A DNA stretch of 18,745 nt from an uncultured Oligoflexus sp. (lineage in GTDB: Bacteria > Bdellovibrionota_B > Oligoflexia > Oligoflexales > Oligoflexaceae). The DNA is taken from contig CAXSGP010000072.1 of the NCBI GenBank assembly GCA_964236955.1, forward strand, positions 1 through 18,745, in the 5' to 3' direction. A program made the position numbers and the translations under genes. The stretch's first letter is position 1. Every line of letters begins with the position of its first letter. Below the pieces are notes generated by a model. The model saw nothing but the letters and a program-made list of their open reading frames with translations. It made no database searches and was not told the DNA's origin. This document shows positions 8,541 through 17,244 of the stretch, piece after piece.

Positions 8541-8882
8541 ATGGCTACGAAGTCTAAGAAGACCGCCGTCAAAAAGACAAGCGCTAAGGCTAAACCAAAG
8601 TCCAAGGCGGCTGCGGTAAAAAGCAAAAGCGCGGGCATATCCAAAGTGATTTTAGCCACAATTGACAACACCGGCGGGCGTAGCGGCCGCACCGCAGGCA
8701 AGGTGACTTCTGTTTCGCACGATCCCCGGGTGATCGAGTACAAACTCTTCACCGAAGATTCGGTACGAAACCTGGAAGATCAAGTGAACTACCATATTAA
8801 AAAAGGCTGGGCTCCGGTCGGCGGCGTTGTCCTCCATGGTCAAAGCACGTTCACCCAGACCATGGTTCGTCACGAAGCCTAA
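8541..8882 (+). CDS. Small protein with Lys/Ala-rich N-terminal tail and DUF1737-like C-terminal domain (113 aa)
   Basis: GGAGG RBS before ATG 8541. Tail MATKSKKTAVKKTSAKAKPKSKAAAVKSK. C-terminus YKLFTEDSVRNLEDQVNYHIKKGWAPVGGV...FTQTMVR resembles DUF1737 (recognised by eye). Confidence 0.75.
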   Translation: MATKSKKTAVKKTSAKAKPKSKAAAVKSKSAGISKVILATIDNTGGRSGRTAGKVTSVSHDPRVIEYKLFTEDSVRNLEDQVNYHIKKGWAPVGGVVLHGQSTFTQTMVRHEA

Positions 8883-8898
8883 GGGCTGGCGCCTCGCG

Positions 8899-8933
8899 CT
8901 CTCTGTTTTCTGAAGAAATTGGAGAACAGAGAG
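8899..8933. terminator. Hairpin downstream of the DUF1737-like gene (possible terminator)
   Basis: CTCTCTGTTTTC (8899-8910) pairs with GAGAACAGAGAG (8922-8933). No U-tract on the plus strand. Confidence 0.35.
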
Positions 8934-9370
8934 AAAAGCCTGGCGGGTAGTCCTAAAAACCCTCCCCATCCCCTCTTAAGGCGATGGCTCACTCGGACCT
9001 TGGTCCCTGGCCGTCCCGGCGTTCTGTCTTAAGCTCCCCGCGCGCCGTTGCGACCGGATCCAAGCTTCGGTTATACTTAAAAGGATGCTGGAAATTTTAG
9101 ATACGGTCCATTATCCTTTGCGACTCTTTCACCCTTAGCCACTGAGACCAAAGGCGCGGTTGGCTTCGCTCAGGCTTTTGGAAAAATTTCCAAGTCCGGT
9201 CCGCCTTTACAAGCAGGCATTTAAGAAGGCTGCTCTTTAGCCACATCGGCGATAAAAACCGAGGAATTCCTAGGCCCTAGCTCTGGAATACAGATGCAAA
9301 AATCGCCCGGAGTATGATAGCCTACCCCGACGTGCAAACGATTTGTAGATGCTCCGGAGGAATTTTTTAA

Positions 9371-10537
9371 ATGGATATCCACGAGTACCAGGCGAAGCAG
9401 CTCTTCAAGCAAAACGGTATCCCCGTTCCCGAAGGCTACCTGGCGACCAACCCCCTTGAAGCTGAATTTGCAATGCGAAGACTGGGCACTGAAGTTGCCG
9501 TTGTAAAAGCTCAGATCCATGCCGGTGGTCGCGGAAAAGGCGGCGGAGTCAAACTAGCTAAAACGCCAGAGGAAGCAGCCAAGCTTGCCAAAGACATGAT
9601 CGGCATGACCCTTGTCACCCATCAGACTGGCCCCGAAGGGAAAAAGGTCCACAAGGTTTACGTCGAAGCCGGCAGCAAGATCGTCAAAGAATACTATCTG
9701 GCGCTTGTTTTGGACCGTGAAACCGCAGGAATCGGCTTCATGTTCTCCACCTCTGGCGGCATGGACATTGAAGAAGTCGCGGCAAAAACGCCGGAAAAAA
9801 TCGTCTATATCAGCGTTGATCCAACGACCGGGCTGCAGGGCCATCATATTCGTTCGATCTGTTTCCAGGCTAAACTCCCTCCTGCGGAACAAAAAGAACT
9901 GACCCCTATCCTTAAAAATCTCTACAAAATGTTTTTGAAGTACGACTACGCCATGCTTGAGATCAACCCTTTGATCGTCAACGATCAAGGCAAAATGTTT
10001 GTCCTCGACGGCAAGATGAACTTCGACGACAACGCTCTTTACCGCCAAAAAGAAATTGAAGTCATGCGCGATTTCCTCGAAGAGGATATCCGTGAGGTTC
10101 AGGCTTCCAAATACGGTCTGAGCTACATTGGCCTTGATGGTAATATCGGCTGTTTGGTCAATGGTGCCGGACTTGCGATGGCGACGATGGACATCATCAA
10201 ATTCTCGGGCGGCACCCCAGCCAACTTCCTCGACGTCGGCGGCGGCGCTAACCAGGAGACGGTCACCAACGCCTTTAAAATTCTTCTCTCTGACGCCAAT
10301 GTCAAAGGTATTTTCGTTAACATCTTCGGCGGTATCATGCGCTGCGATGTGATCGCCAACGGTATCGTGGCGGCGGCGAAAGAACTTGGGCTCCGCATCC
10401 CGATGGTCGTAAGACTGGAAGGAACCAATGTCGAAGAGGGTAAAAACATTCTGAAAAGCTCGGGTCTCGACCTTTACGCGGCTTCAGACATGGCAGACGG
10501 CGCTAAGAAAATTGTCGAAATGGTAAAGAAGAAGTAA
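9371..10537 (+). CDS. sucC: Succinyl-CoA synthetase beta subunit
   Basis: MDIHEYQAK, KAQIHAGGRGKGGGV, EINPL, GCLVNGAGLAMATMD, ANFLDVGGGA, NIFGGIMRCD; 388 aa; GGAGG RBS. Confidence 0.98.
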   Translation: MDIHEYQAKQLFKQNGIPVPEGYLATNPLEAEFAMRRLGTEVAVVKAQIHAGGRGKGGGVKLAKTPEEAAKLAKDMIGMTLVTHQTGPEGKKVHKVYVEAGSKIVKEYYLALVLDRETAGIGFMFSTSGGMDIEEVAAKTPEKIVYISVDPTTGLQGHHIRSICFQAKLPPAEQKELTPILKNLYKMFLKYDYAMLEINPLIVNDQGKMFVLDGKMNFDDNALYRQKEIEVMRDFLEEDIREVQASKYGLSYIGLDGNIGCLVNGAGLAMATMDIIKFSGGTPANFLDVGGGANQETVTNAFKILLSDANVKGIFVNIFGGIMRCDVIANGIVAAAKELGLRIPMVVRLEGTNVEEGKNILKSSGLDLYAASDMADGAKKIVEMVKKK

Positions 10538-10557
10538 AGCCTAAAGGAGTTGAATAA

Positions 10558-11445
10558 GTGGCTATTTTAGTCAATGCGAATACTCGTGTCATCACTCAAG
10601 GTATCACAGGCAAGTCCGGTGAATTCCATACCAAGCTTTCCCACGAGTACGCGCCTCGTTTTGTGGGCGGGGTTGTACCGGGAAAAGGCGGCCAAAAAGC
10701 TGTTTTAGATCTGCCCATCTTTGATACCGTGGCCGAAGCCAAGGACCGCGCCAAGGCCAATGCATCGATGATCTTCGTACCGCCGCCCTTTGCTGCGGAC
10801 GCAATACTTGAGGCGATCGAAGCTGAAATCGAGCTGATCATCTGCATCACCGAAGGCATCCCCGTGCTTGATATGATCGCCGTGAAAAAAGCCTTGGATC
10901 GCTCCAAGTCACGGCTGATCGGACCCAACTGCCCCGGCGTCATCACACCCGGCCAGTGCAAAATCGGTATCATGCCTGGCCACATCCACAAAGTGGGTAA
11001 AGCCGGCATCGTCTCGAAATCAGGCACCCTAACCTATGAAGCCGTCGGTCAAACCACGGCGATGGGTATCGGCCAGAGCACCTGTATTGGTATCGGCGGC
11101 GACCCCATCATCGGCACCAAGTATATCGACATCCTCCGACTCTTCGAAGAAGATCCGCAGACTGAAGGCATTATCCTGATCGGTGAGATCGGTGGCGATG
11201 CGGAAATTCAAGCGGCTCGCTATATTCGGGATCACGTGAAAAAACCAGTCGCCGCTTTCATCGCCGGTCAAACGGCACCTAAAGGCAAGCGTATGGGCCA
11301 CGCCGGTGCTATCGTCTCAGGTGGCTCCGGTACTGCAGCTGAGAAGATGGCCGCTCTTGAAGAAGCCGGCTGCGTCGTCGCCAAGTCGCCGGCTGATATC
11401 GCTTCGTCGCTTAAAATAGCGATGGAACGCAAAGGAAAACGTTAA
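10558..11445 (+). CDS. sucD: Succinyl-CoA synthetase alpha subunit
   Basis: [24 protein letters not shown], phospho-His motif RMGHAGA; GTG start with AAGGAG RBS. Confidence 0.98.
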   Translation: MAILVNANTRVITQGITGKSGEFHTKLSHEYAPRFVGGVVPGKGGQKAVLDLPIFDTVAEAKDRAKANASMIFVPPPFAADAILEAIEAEIELIICITEGIPVLDMIAVKKALDRSKSRLIGPNCPGVITPGQCKIGIMPGHIHKVGKAGIVSKSGTLTYEAVGQTTAMGIGQSTCIGIGGDPIIGTKYIDILRLFEEDPQTEGIILIGEIGGDAEIQAARYIRDHVKKPVAAFIAGQTAPKGKRMGHAGAIVSGGSGTAAEKMAALEEAGCVVAKSPADIASSLKIAMERKGKR

Positions 11446-11447
11446 TT

Positions 11448-11999
11448 ATGTTAGGCATCCGGCACTACCGCCACACAGCCATCGATCTCTATCAGGGCGA
11501 TATAACCCGCTTTGTTTGTGATGGCATCGTCAACGCGGCAAATGAATCGCTGCTTGGCGGTGGCGGTGTGGATGGAGCGATCCATCGGGCCGGTGGCCCT
11601 AGCATCCTCGAGGAGTGTCGCCGCATCGGCAGATGCCCCACGGGCCAAGCCGTTGCGACCACGGCGGGGGAACTCCCGGCGCAAAAAGTGATTCATACAG
11701 TGGGCCCAGTGTGGAAGGGCGGTCAAGCAGGTGAGGAGGCGCTCCTTCGCTCCTGCCTGACTAAATCCCTGGCTCTGGGCGTTTTTCACAAGCTTCCCCA
11801 TCTTGCCATTCCGGCAATCAGTTGCGGTGTTTACGGCTACCCCTTAAAAAATGCAGCAAAAGTTTCTTTACAAGCGGTACAGGATTTTCTAAAGGAACTG
11901 CCTGAGGGCAGTCTCCGCCGTATAAGCTTTGTTCTTTATGATGGTCCCGCCTATCAAATTTTTCGGGACACTCTTTTTGCATTATTCCCTGAAGAATAA
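11448..11999 (+). CDS. Macrodomain protein, O-acetyl-ADP-ribose deacetylase / ADP-ribosylhydrolase (MacroD/YmdB-like)
   Basis: GDIT, NAANESLLGGGGVDGAIH, VIHTVGP and PAISCGVYGYP motifs; starts 2 nt after the sucD stop. Confidence 0.93.
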   Translation: MLGIRHYRHTAIDLYQGDITRFVCDGIVNAANESLLGGGGVDGAIHRAGGPSILEECRRIGRCPTGQAVATTAGELPAQKVIHTVGPVWKGGQAGEEALLRSCLTKSLALGVFHKLPHLAIPAISCGVYGYPLKNAAKVSLQAVQDFLKELPEGSLRRISFVLYDGPAYQIFRDTLFALFPEE

Positions 12000-12014
12000 T
12001 GAGAAGGCCACCGT

Positions 12015-12986
12015 TTGAAGAAACTCAGCGATTATTCTTACTATCGTACGGGAGGTCTATGCCAGGTCCTCTACGAACCTGAGTCAACGGTTGAACTGTC
12101 TCAGATTTTAAAGGACCTCCATCAGAGGCACACCCCATTCTTTGTATTAGGCGCCGGCACCAATTCACTCGTCTGGGACGATTACTTTCCCGGTGCCGTC
12201 ATCATTTTTTCCAAGATGAAAGCGATTCGCCGTGTGGGCAACTCCTTGCTTTGTGAGGCGGGTGCCGATAACACGGCAATCGCTCAAGCGGCCCTTGGGG
12301 CGGCTTTGGGCGGGATCTCCTGGATGAATCGATTGCCGGGGCAAATAGGCGCCACGGTGCGGATGAACGCGCGCTGCTATGGTGGGGAAATCAGCCAGGT
12401 TGCAAGCACGATCAAAGCCGTCCTTCCCGATGGAACGATCCAGGTCTATACGGCCGCCGATCAGGTCTTTAAGGGCTATAAGGACACAGTCTTTATGGTC
12501 AACGGCGCCGTAGTCACCGAAGTGACCATGAGCCTCAGTCCTGGCAACAAGGGGCTGATCGCCGAGCACATGCGGCACTGCGAAGACGATCGCATAAAAA
12601 AAGGCCAATTCACCTATCCAAGCTGTGGCTGCGTATTTAAAAACAACTATGCCGTCGGTGTGCCAAGCGGCATGCTGCTCGATCGAGCCAAAGCGCAAAC
12701 GCTCAATCAGCCGACGATTGCCCTCAATCCTCAGCATTCCAATTTCGTCTACAATAAAGGCGCCAGCAGCCAAGACATCCTAAACTTCACGCTAGCGATG
12801 CAAGAGCTGGTCTTTCGCGAGTACGGAGTTTGGATGGAATATGAAATGGAGATCCTGGGTCTGCTGAGTCCCGATCTGCAGGCCCGCGTCAAGGAGATAC
12901 GGGCCTCCGTAATGAACCAAAGTAAAGTCGATGCCCTTCGTCAGGAATTTCATAAAAATTCCCAAACAATCAAAGCGGAAGCTTAA
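12015..12986 (+). CDS. murB: UDP-N-acetylenolpyruvoylglucosamine reductase (divergent)
   Basis: YRTGG, LGAGTNSL, PGQIGATVRMNA, PSCGCVFKN, HSNF, EYEMEILG. FAD-binding layout of MurB; TTG start. Confidence 0.88.
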   Translation: MKKLSDYSYYRTGGLCQVLYEPESTVELSQILKDLHQRHTPFFVLGAGTNSLVWDDYFPGAVIIFSKMKAIRRVGNSLLCEAGADNTAIAQAALGAALGGISWMNRLPGQIGATVRMNARCYGGEISQVASTIKAVLPDGTIQVYTAADQVFKGYKDTVFMVNGAVVTEVTMSLSPGNKGLIAEHMRHCEDDRIKKGQFTYPSCGCVFKNNYAVGVPSGMLLDRAKAQTLNQPTIALNPQHSNFVYNKGASSQDILNFTLAMQELVFREYGVWMEYEMEILGLLSPDLQARVKEIRASVMNQSKVDALRQEFHKNSQTIKAEA

Positions 12987-13010
12987 GCCTTTACGCTCTC
13001 TCACCAGGCC

Positions 13011-13145
13011 ATGGCCGAAACGGCAAAGGAAATCATCAAACGCCTTGGGACGCTCGCGGCCTTCTCAGGCCATGAAGCCTTTATTTCTGCAAACATTGAG
13101 GAAAAGCGCATCAGGGTTTCGGTGCGCTGCAAGGACCAGTACTGA
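13011..13145 (+). CDS. Possible small protein (44 aa), not in the ORF track
   Basis: ATG...TGA encoding MAETAKEIIKRLGTLAAFSGHEAFISANIEEKRIRVSVRCKDQY between murB and the hairpin at 13170. Only a weak RBS. Confidence 0.25.
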   Translation: MAETAKEIIKRLGTLAAFSGHEAFISANIEEKRIRVSVRCKDQY

Positions 13146-13162
13146 AACATAGAGCCGAGACT

Positions 13163-13195
13163 AAAGAAAATAGGTCTGACAAAAGCCAGACCTAT
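13163..13195 (-). terminator. Rho-independent terminator of the esterase-trxB-mrp-DUF971 operon
   Basis: Minus strand ATAGGTCTGGC-TTTT-GTCAGACCTAT followed by TTTCTTT; lies between convergent operons. Confidence 0.75.
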
Positions 13196-13233
13196 CGTGA
13201 AACTATTTGAAATTCACTGCCATTGTATCGCAA

Positions 13234-13527
13234 TTAACCTAAAGTTCTCAACCAATCAAAACTGTAGATACCGGTTTTATGCCCATCGGTGAAGACGATC
13301 ATCAGAGCGTAACGCCCGACGGATTCTATTTTTACCGGTCTCAACGATTCGGGAACGCTATCAGGATTGAGCTTTGGCTCTTTCGTGACTTCGTCGATAC
13401 AGACCGCACAGCGGCACTGCCGACGCAACTCAACCGTATCGTAAAGGCTTTTTTTCCCGTCCGTCCAGTTGATGGCGAGAGTACGAGGATCTTGCTGCCA
13501 GATGCGTTTGACTCTTACGTCGCTCAT
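13234..13527 (-). CDS. DUF971 / GBBH-like N-terminal domain protein
   Basis: LAINWTDG, LRRQCRCAVC, VGRYALMIVFTDGHKTGIYSFDWL are characteristic. The ATG at 13527 overlaps the mrp TGA (ATGA). Confidence 0.9.
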   Translation of the reverse strand: MSDVRVKRIWQQDPRTLAINWTDGKKSLYDTVELRRQCRCAVCIDEVTKEPKLNPDSVPESLRPVKIESVGRYALMIVFTDGHKTGIYSFDWLRTLG

Positions 13528-14501
13528 TTCCACTCCAGTAGGAAGTATCCCAGTCCACCATCACCACCACTTTTTTGCAGGAGCACCAGCGCATCGTTAA
13601 TGGTCTTCGCGGACTTCACAAAGGCTTTGGCCGCGTCGGAGTTTGGCATCTGAACCATCACGGCCTTGCCCTCGTCCGACGTCTCAACCACGCGTTGGTC
13701 AAGCGGTATTTCTGCCAGCAGGGGCAGACCCAGTTCGGCCGCAAGGCGGGAGCCTCCACCTTTTTTGAAAATATAATGTTTCTTGTCACAGTTGTCGCAA
13801 ATGAAATAGCTCATGTTCTCAACCACACCGAGCATCGGCACATTCAAGGTATTGAACATGGAAACGGCTTTCCGCACATCGATGATCGACATCTCCTGCG
13901 GCGTTGTCACGAGCACAGCACCCGTAAGGGGCGCCATCTGCGCCAGACTCAAGTGAATATCACCGGTTCCCGGTGGCAGATCGATCAAAAGATAATCAAG
14001 TTCGCCCCAATTCACCTGCGTGAGCAACTGCCGAAGGAGTTGCGTGGCCATGGGGCCGCGTAGGACCTGGGCCTGATTTACATTGGTAAACATCGCGACC
14101 GAGATAATTTTAAGGCCTTCGTACATCGAAGGATCAAGCTTATCTTCCCCCGACATCTCGGGCTTGGGTGCCCGCGTCAGGTGCTGCTGGGAAGGTCCAT
14201 AGATATCGGCATCCAGCACCCCCACCCGAAGGCCCAGCTGCTGCAAAGCCAAGGCCAGATTAAGGGTCACTGTCGATTTTCCAACGCCGCCCTTACCCGA
14301 ACCCACGGCCACGATGTGACGAACCCCTTCGATGCCGCCCCCCTGAGCTTCCATTTTTTGCTGGGATCCCGAAGGCGCAGCATGGGTTCCAACCGACGAA
14401 ATCTTCGGCCCAACCGAGGTCGTCGCCATCGTCGCGCTGTTTTTGGTTGCCGAGTTCGCCTGCGGCGCAAACAAGGTTTGAACTTTTTTAAAAAAACTCA
14501 C
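13524..14501 (-). CDS. mrp: Mrp/ApbC/NBP35-family Fe-S cluster carrier ATPase
   Basis: GSGKGGVGKST, LDADIYGPS, RGPM, WGELDYLLIDLPPGTGD, VTTPQ, ENMSYFICDNC; GTG start. Confidence 0.95.
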   Translation of the reverse strand: MSFFKKVQTLFAPQANSATKNSATMATTSVGPKISSVGTHAAPSGSQQKMEAQGGGIEGVRHIVAVGSGKGGVGKSTVTLNLALALQQLGLRVGVLDADIYGPSQQHLTRAPKPEMSGEDKLDPSMYEGLKIISVAMFTNVNQAQVLRGPMATQLLRQLLTQVNWGELDYLLIDLPPGTGDIHLSLAQMAPLTGAVLVTTPQEMSIIDVRKAVSMFNTLNVPMLGVVENMSYFICDNCDKKHYIFKKGGGSRLAAELGLPLLAEIPLDQRVVETSDEGKAVMVQMPNSDAAKAFVKSAKTINDALVLLQKSGGDGGLGYFLLEWK

Positions 14502-14510
14502 AGGATCCCC

Positions 14511-15443
14511 TTAATCGTCAAAACCTTCGAGATAATGCTGCACCTGGATCGCCGACTGACAGCCCATTCCAGCGGCCGTGATCGCTTGCCGGAAGTTAGG
14601 ATCGGCAATGTCACCGGCAGCGAAAATACCGGGGGTTTTGGTCTTCGTAAACTCTTTGACCTGCACGTAGCCATTCGCATCAACATCGACAAAGGGCAAA
14701 AATACGCCCGAATTGGGTGTGTGACCGATCGCGTAGAACAGGCCATCGACTTTTACTTCTTCCTTAGCGCCGGTTTCCAGATTCTCAAGGATCGCTCCCG
14801 TCAAACCCGTTTCGTCGGAAAGCAGGGTCGTGACGTGATAGGGAACTTTGAACTGTATCTTGCTATTGGCTTTGGCGCGATCCAGCATAATCGGCGATGC
14901 CTTGAAGACATCGCGGCGATGCACGAGTATAACCTCGCTGCAAAGCTTCGCCAGATAACTGGCTTCTTCCATCGCCGAATCACCGCCACCGATGACGATG
15001 ACTTTTTTATTTTTGTAGAAAAATCCATCACAGGTCGCACAGGTGGATAGGCCGCGACCCATGAGCTTGGCTTCGTTTTCAAGCTGCATCGTCTTCGCCG
15101 TGGCACCGGTGCTGATGATTACGGCTTTGGCATGAATCTCTTCCGAGTCGGTCCAAAGTTTTTTAATTTTGCCGGAAAAATCAACCTTAGTGATCGCGTC
15201 GTAGATAATTTCTGTGCCGAAGCGCTCGGCCTGAGCCGTCATATTTTGCATGAGCTTAGGGCCCATGATGCCATGCTCTTCGCCTGGCCAATTTTCCACT
15301 TCAGTGGTTGTGGTCAGCTGACCCCCATGCAGAAGACCTGCAAAAATGACTGGAGAAAGACTGGCACGAGCCGTATAGATAGCGGCCGTGAGCCCGGCAG
15401 GACCCGTCCCGACGATGACCACATTGTGAACTTTTTGCGTCAT
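14511..15443 (-). CDS. trxB: Thioredoxin-disulfide reductase
   Basis: GTGPAGLTAAIY, GGQLTTTTEVENWPG, CATCDG active site, GGGDSAMEEA, HRRD, FAAGD, QAITAAGMG. Confidence 0.98.
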   Translation of the reverse strand: MTQKVHNVVIVGTGPAGLTAAIYTARASLSPVIFAGLLHGGQLTTTTEVENWPGEEHGIMGPKLMQNMTAQAERFGTEIIYDAITKVDFSGKIKKLWTDSEEIHAKAVIISTGATAKTMQLENEAKLMGRGLSTCATCDGFFYKNKKVIVIGGGDSAMEEASYLAKLCSEVILVHRRDVFKASPIMLDRAKANSKIQFKVPYHVTTLLSDETGLTGAILENLETGAKEEVKVDGLFYAIGHTPNSGVFLPFVDVDANGYVQVKEFTKTKTPGIFAAGDIADPNFRQAITAAGMGCQSAIQVQHYLEGFDD

Positions 15444-15500
15444 AATTTCCTCGTTCCATCACCAATTCAAGCGACACGATACCAGTCACCGGGGTGGAAG

Positions 15501-16520
15501 TCACGTCTGATGCCGCAAAACTTCGCTGATCAGCGGCAGACTCACATCGTAGCGATAGGCCGTTCCCGAATGGTTGTCATCGAACTCCAAAGCCTTATGC
15601 GAGAGGCCATACGTCTCAAGCTTTTGACGGAACTGCCGCGCTCCAAAATGCAGATGATACTGATCGCGATTGCCGCAGTCGAGGTAGAGGAGCTTCAGCT
15701 GCGCTAAGGCTTCGGTTTTGTGATCGACCATGAGCACGGGATCATGGGCAAGCCAGCGTTCCCATACTTCACTGCGCAATTCCCCGGTGAAAACATCGAT
15801 CGGAAGGTCATAGCCGCCTTGGCCCTGAGGACTATAAAAAGCCGCCATTCCCAGCAGCATCAGCGTATGCACATCTTTGCCCCCAAGCTTTGGCAATTTT
15901 TTAATCGCCTCGCAGTAGGCCTCGACCTTTCCACTGTAGCGGGCTAGCGCATAACAAAATTCGACGAGATCGCGGCGATAAAGAAGGTCAAAGCCCATAT
16001 CTCCCGAATGACAGGCAACCGCCGCAAAACTTCCAGGATAATCCATGGCCAGGCGCAAGGCCCCAAAGCCGCCCGAAGAACGGCCAAAAACGGCCCGCGA
16101 CTCGGGTCCTGGCAGGACGGGATAGCGGGCTTCCATGTAGGGCACAAGTTCATGGACGATGTGATCACCATGCGGCCCAAGATAGCTGGAGTTTACAAAC
16201 TGACTTCCTCCAAACCAGGTATAGAGATCAGGGCAGACCAGGATACAGGGCTTAATGGCGCCACTTCGTGTCAGACGCTCCATGCGGTCCAAAAGGCTTT
16301 CTTTGAAGGGCTCCCATTGCAGCTGCGTGCGCCCGGCACTCGTCCAAGGAGCCAGGCAGTAAAGCACGGGATAACGCCTCTCGGCAGGCCCATGGGGTAC
16401 GAGCACCTGGAGAGGACGGCGGGCGTCCATACCCGCCGGATTTCCTTTAAGAAGAGGGCTGTCAACCCACTCCGTTACGACGTGGTAAACTGAGTTCAAA
16501 TCGGGAAGGCGAGTTAGCAA
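15501..16520 (-). CDS. Alpha/beta-hydrolase, putative esterase (Fes/enterochelin esterase-like family)
   Basis: RYPVLYCL, nucleophile elbow GRSSGG, LYLDCGNRDQY, DNH catalytic His region; TTG start with AAGGAGG RBS. Confidence 0.88.
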   Translation of the reverse strand: MLTRLPDLNSVYHVVTEWVDSPLLKGNPAGMDARRPLQVLVPHGPAERRYPVLYCLAPWTSAGRTQLQWEPFKESLLDRMERLTRSGAIKPCILVCPDLYTWFGGSQFVNSSYLGPHGDHIVHELVPYMEARYPVLPGPESRAVFGRSSGGFGALRLAMDYPGSFAAVACHSGDMGFDLLYRRDLVEFCYALARYSGKVEAYCEAIKKLPKLGGKDVHTLMLLGMAAFYSPQGQGGYDLPIDVFTGELRSEVWERWLAHDPVLMVDHKTEALAQLKLLYLDCGNRDQYHLHFGARQFRQKLETYGLSHKALEFDDNHSGTAYRYDVSLPLISEVLRHQT

Positions 16521-16590
16521 TGCAATTTCCTCCTTTTATGGCTATGATAGTGTCGCATTTTCTTATGCTTTAGATCGTCGAGGGAGCGTC

Positions 16591-17244
16591 ATGGATTTTA
16601 CACAAGCGGCGAATATTATGAATATGATGATCGCCTTGATCATCTCACTGACATTTCATGAAGCCGGCCATGCCCTGATTGCCCGTTGGCAGGGCGATCG
16701 CACAGCTCAACAGGCAGGGCGCCTGACCCTCAATCCTATTCCGCACATGGATCCCTTGGGAACGGTTATATTTCCGTTTATCGGTTCTTTATTAGGGGGC
16801 TTTATTTTCGGCTGGGCCAAACCCGTGCCGATCGACCCCAGAAACTTTCGCAATCAAAAGTGGGGACAGATCATGGTGGCCGGCTCGGGACCGATCACCA
16901 ACCTCATTTTGAGCTTTCTGTCGGTTGTCATCTTTTTTCAGATTGGGCAGGTGAGCGAGTCGAGTCCCTGGATCGCTTTCAGTCGACTGGCGCAGGCCAT
17001 GATCTGGGTCAATGCTTTTCTGGCGATTTTCAATATGCTGCCCGTCTATCCCCTGGATGGCGGCACCGTAGTCTATGAATTACTGCCCTATGAGTTAAAG
17101 CAGAAATACGATCAGTACGTGGTTCCCTATGGGAATTTTGCCCTGCTCGGCCTCATGCTGCTCGGTGGATTCAGTTGGATAGGCGCCGTGGCTTCGAAGT
17201 GGGTGATGGCCTCGCAGATGATTGTGCAAAGCTTTATGGGTTAA
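16591..17244 (+). CDS. Site-2 protease family (M50) intramembrane metalloprotease
   Basis: HEAGH zinc motif, GRLTLNP, FGWAKPVP, GPITNL, FNMLPVYPLDGG; several hydrophobic helices; GGAG RBS. Confidence 0.95.
   Translation: MDFTQAANIMNMMIALIISLTFHEAGHALIARWQGDRTAQQAGRLTLNPIPHMDPLGTVIFPFIGSLLGGFIFGWAKPVPIDPRNFRNQKWGQIMVAGSGPITNLILSFLSVVIFFQIGQVSESSPWIAFSRLAQAMIWVNAFLAIFNMLPVYPLDGGTVVYELLPYELKQKYDQYVVPYGNFALLGLMLLGGFSWIGAVASKWVMASQMIVQSFMG

Noticed and set aside
14181..15050. 289-aa plus-strand ORF
   Set aside because: Antisense shadow of mrp and trxB with no recognisable motifs.
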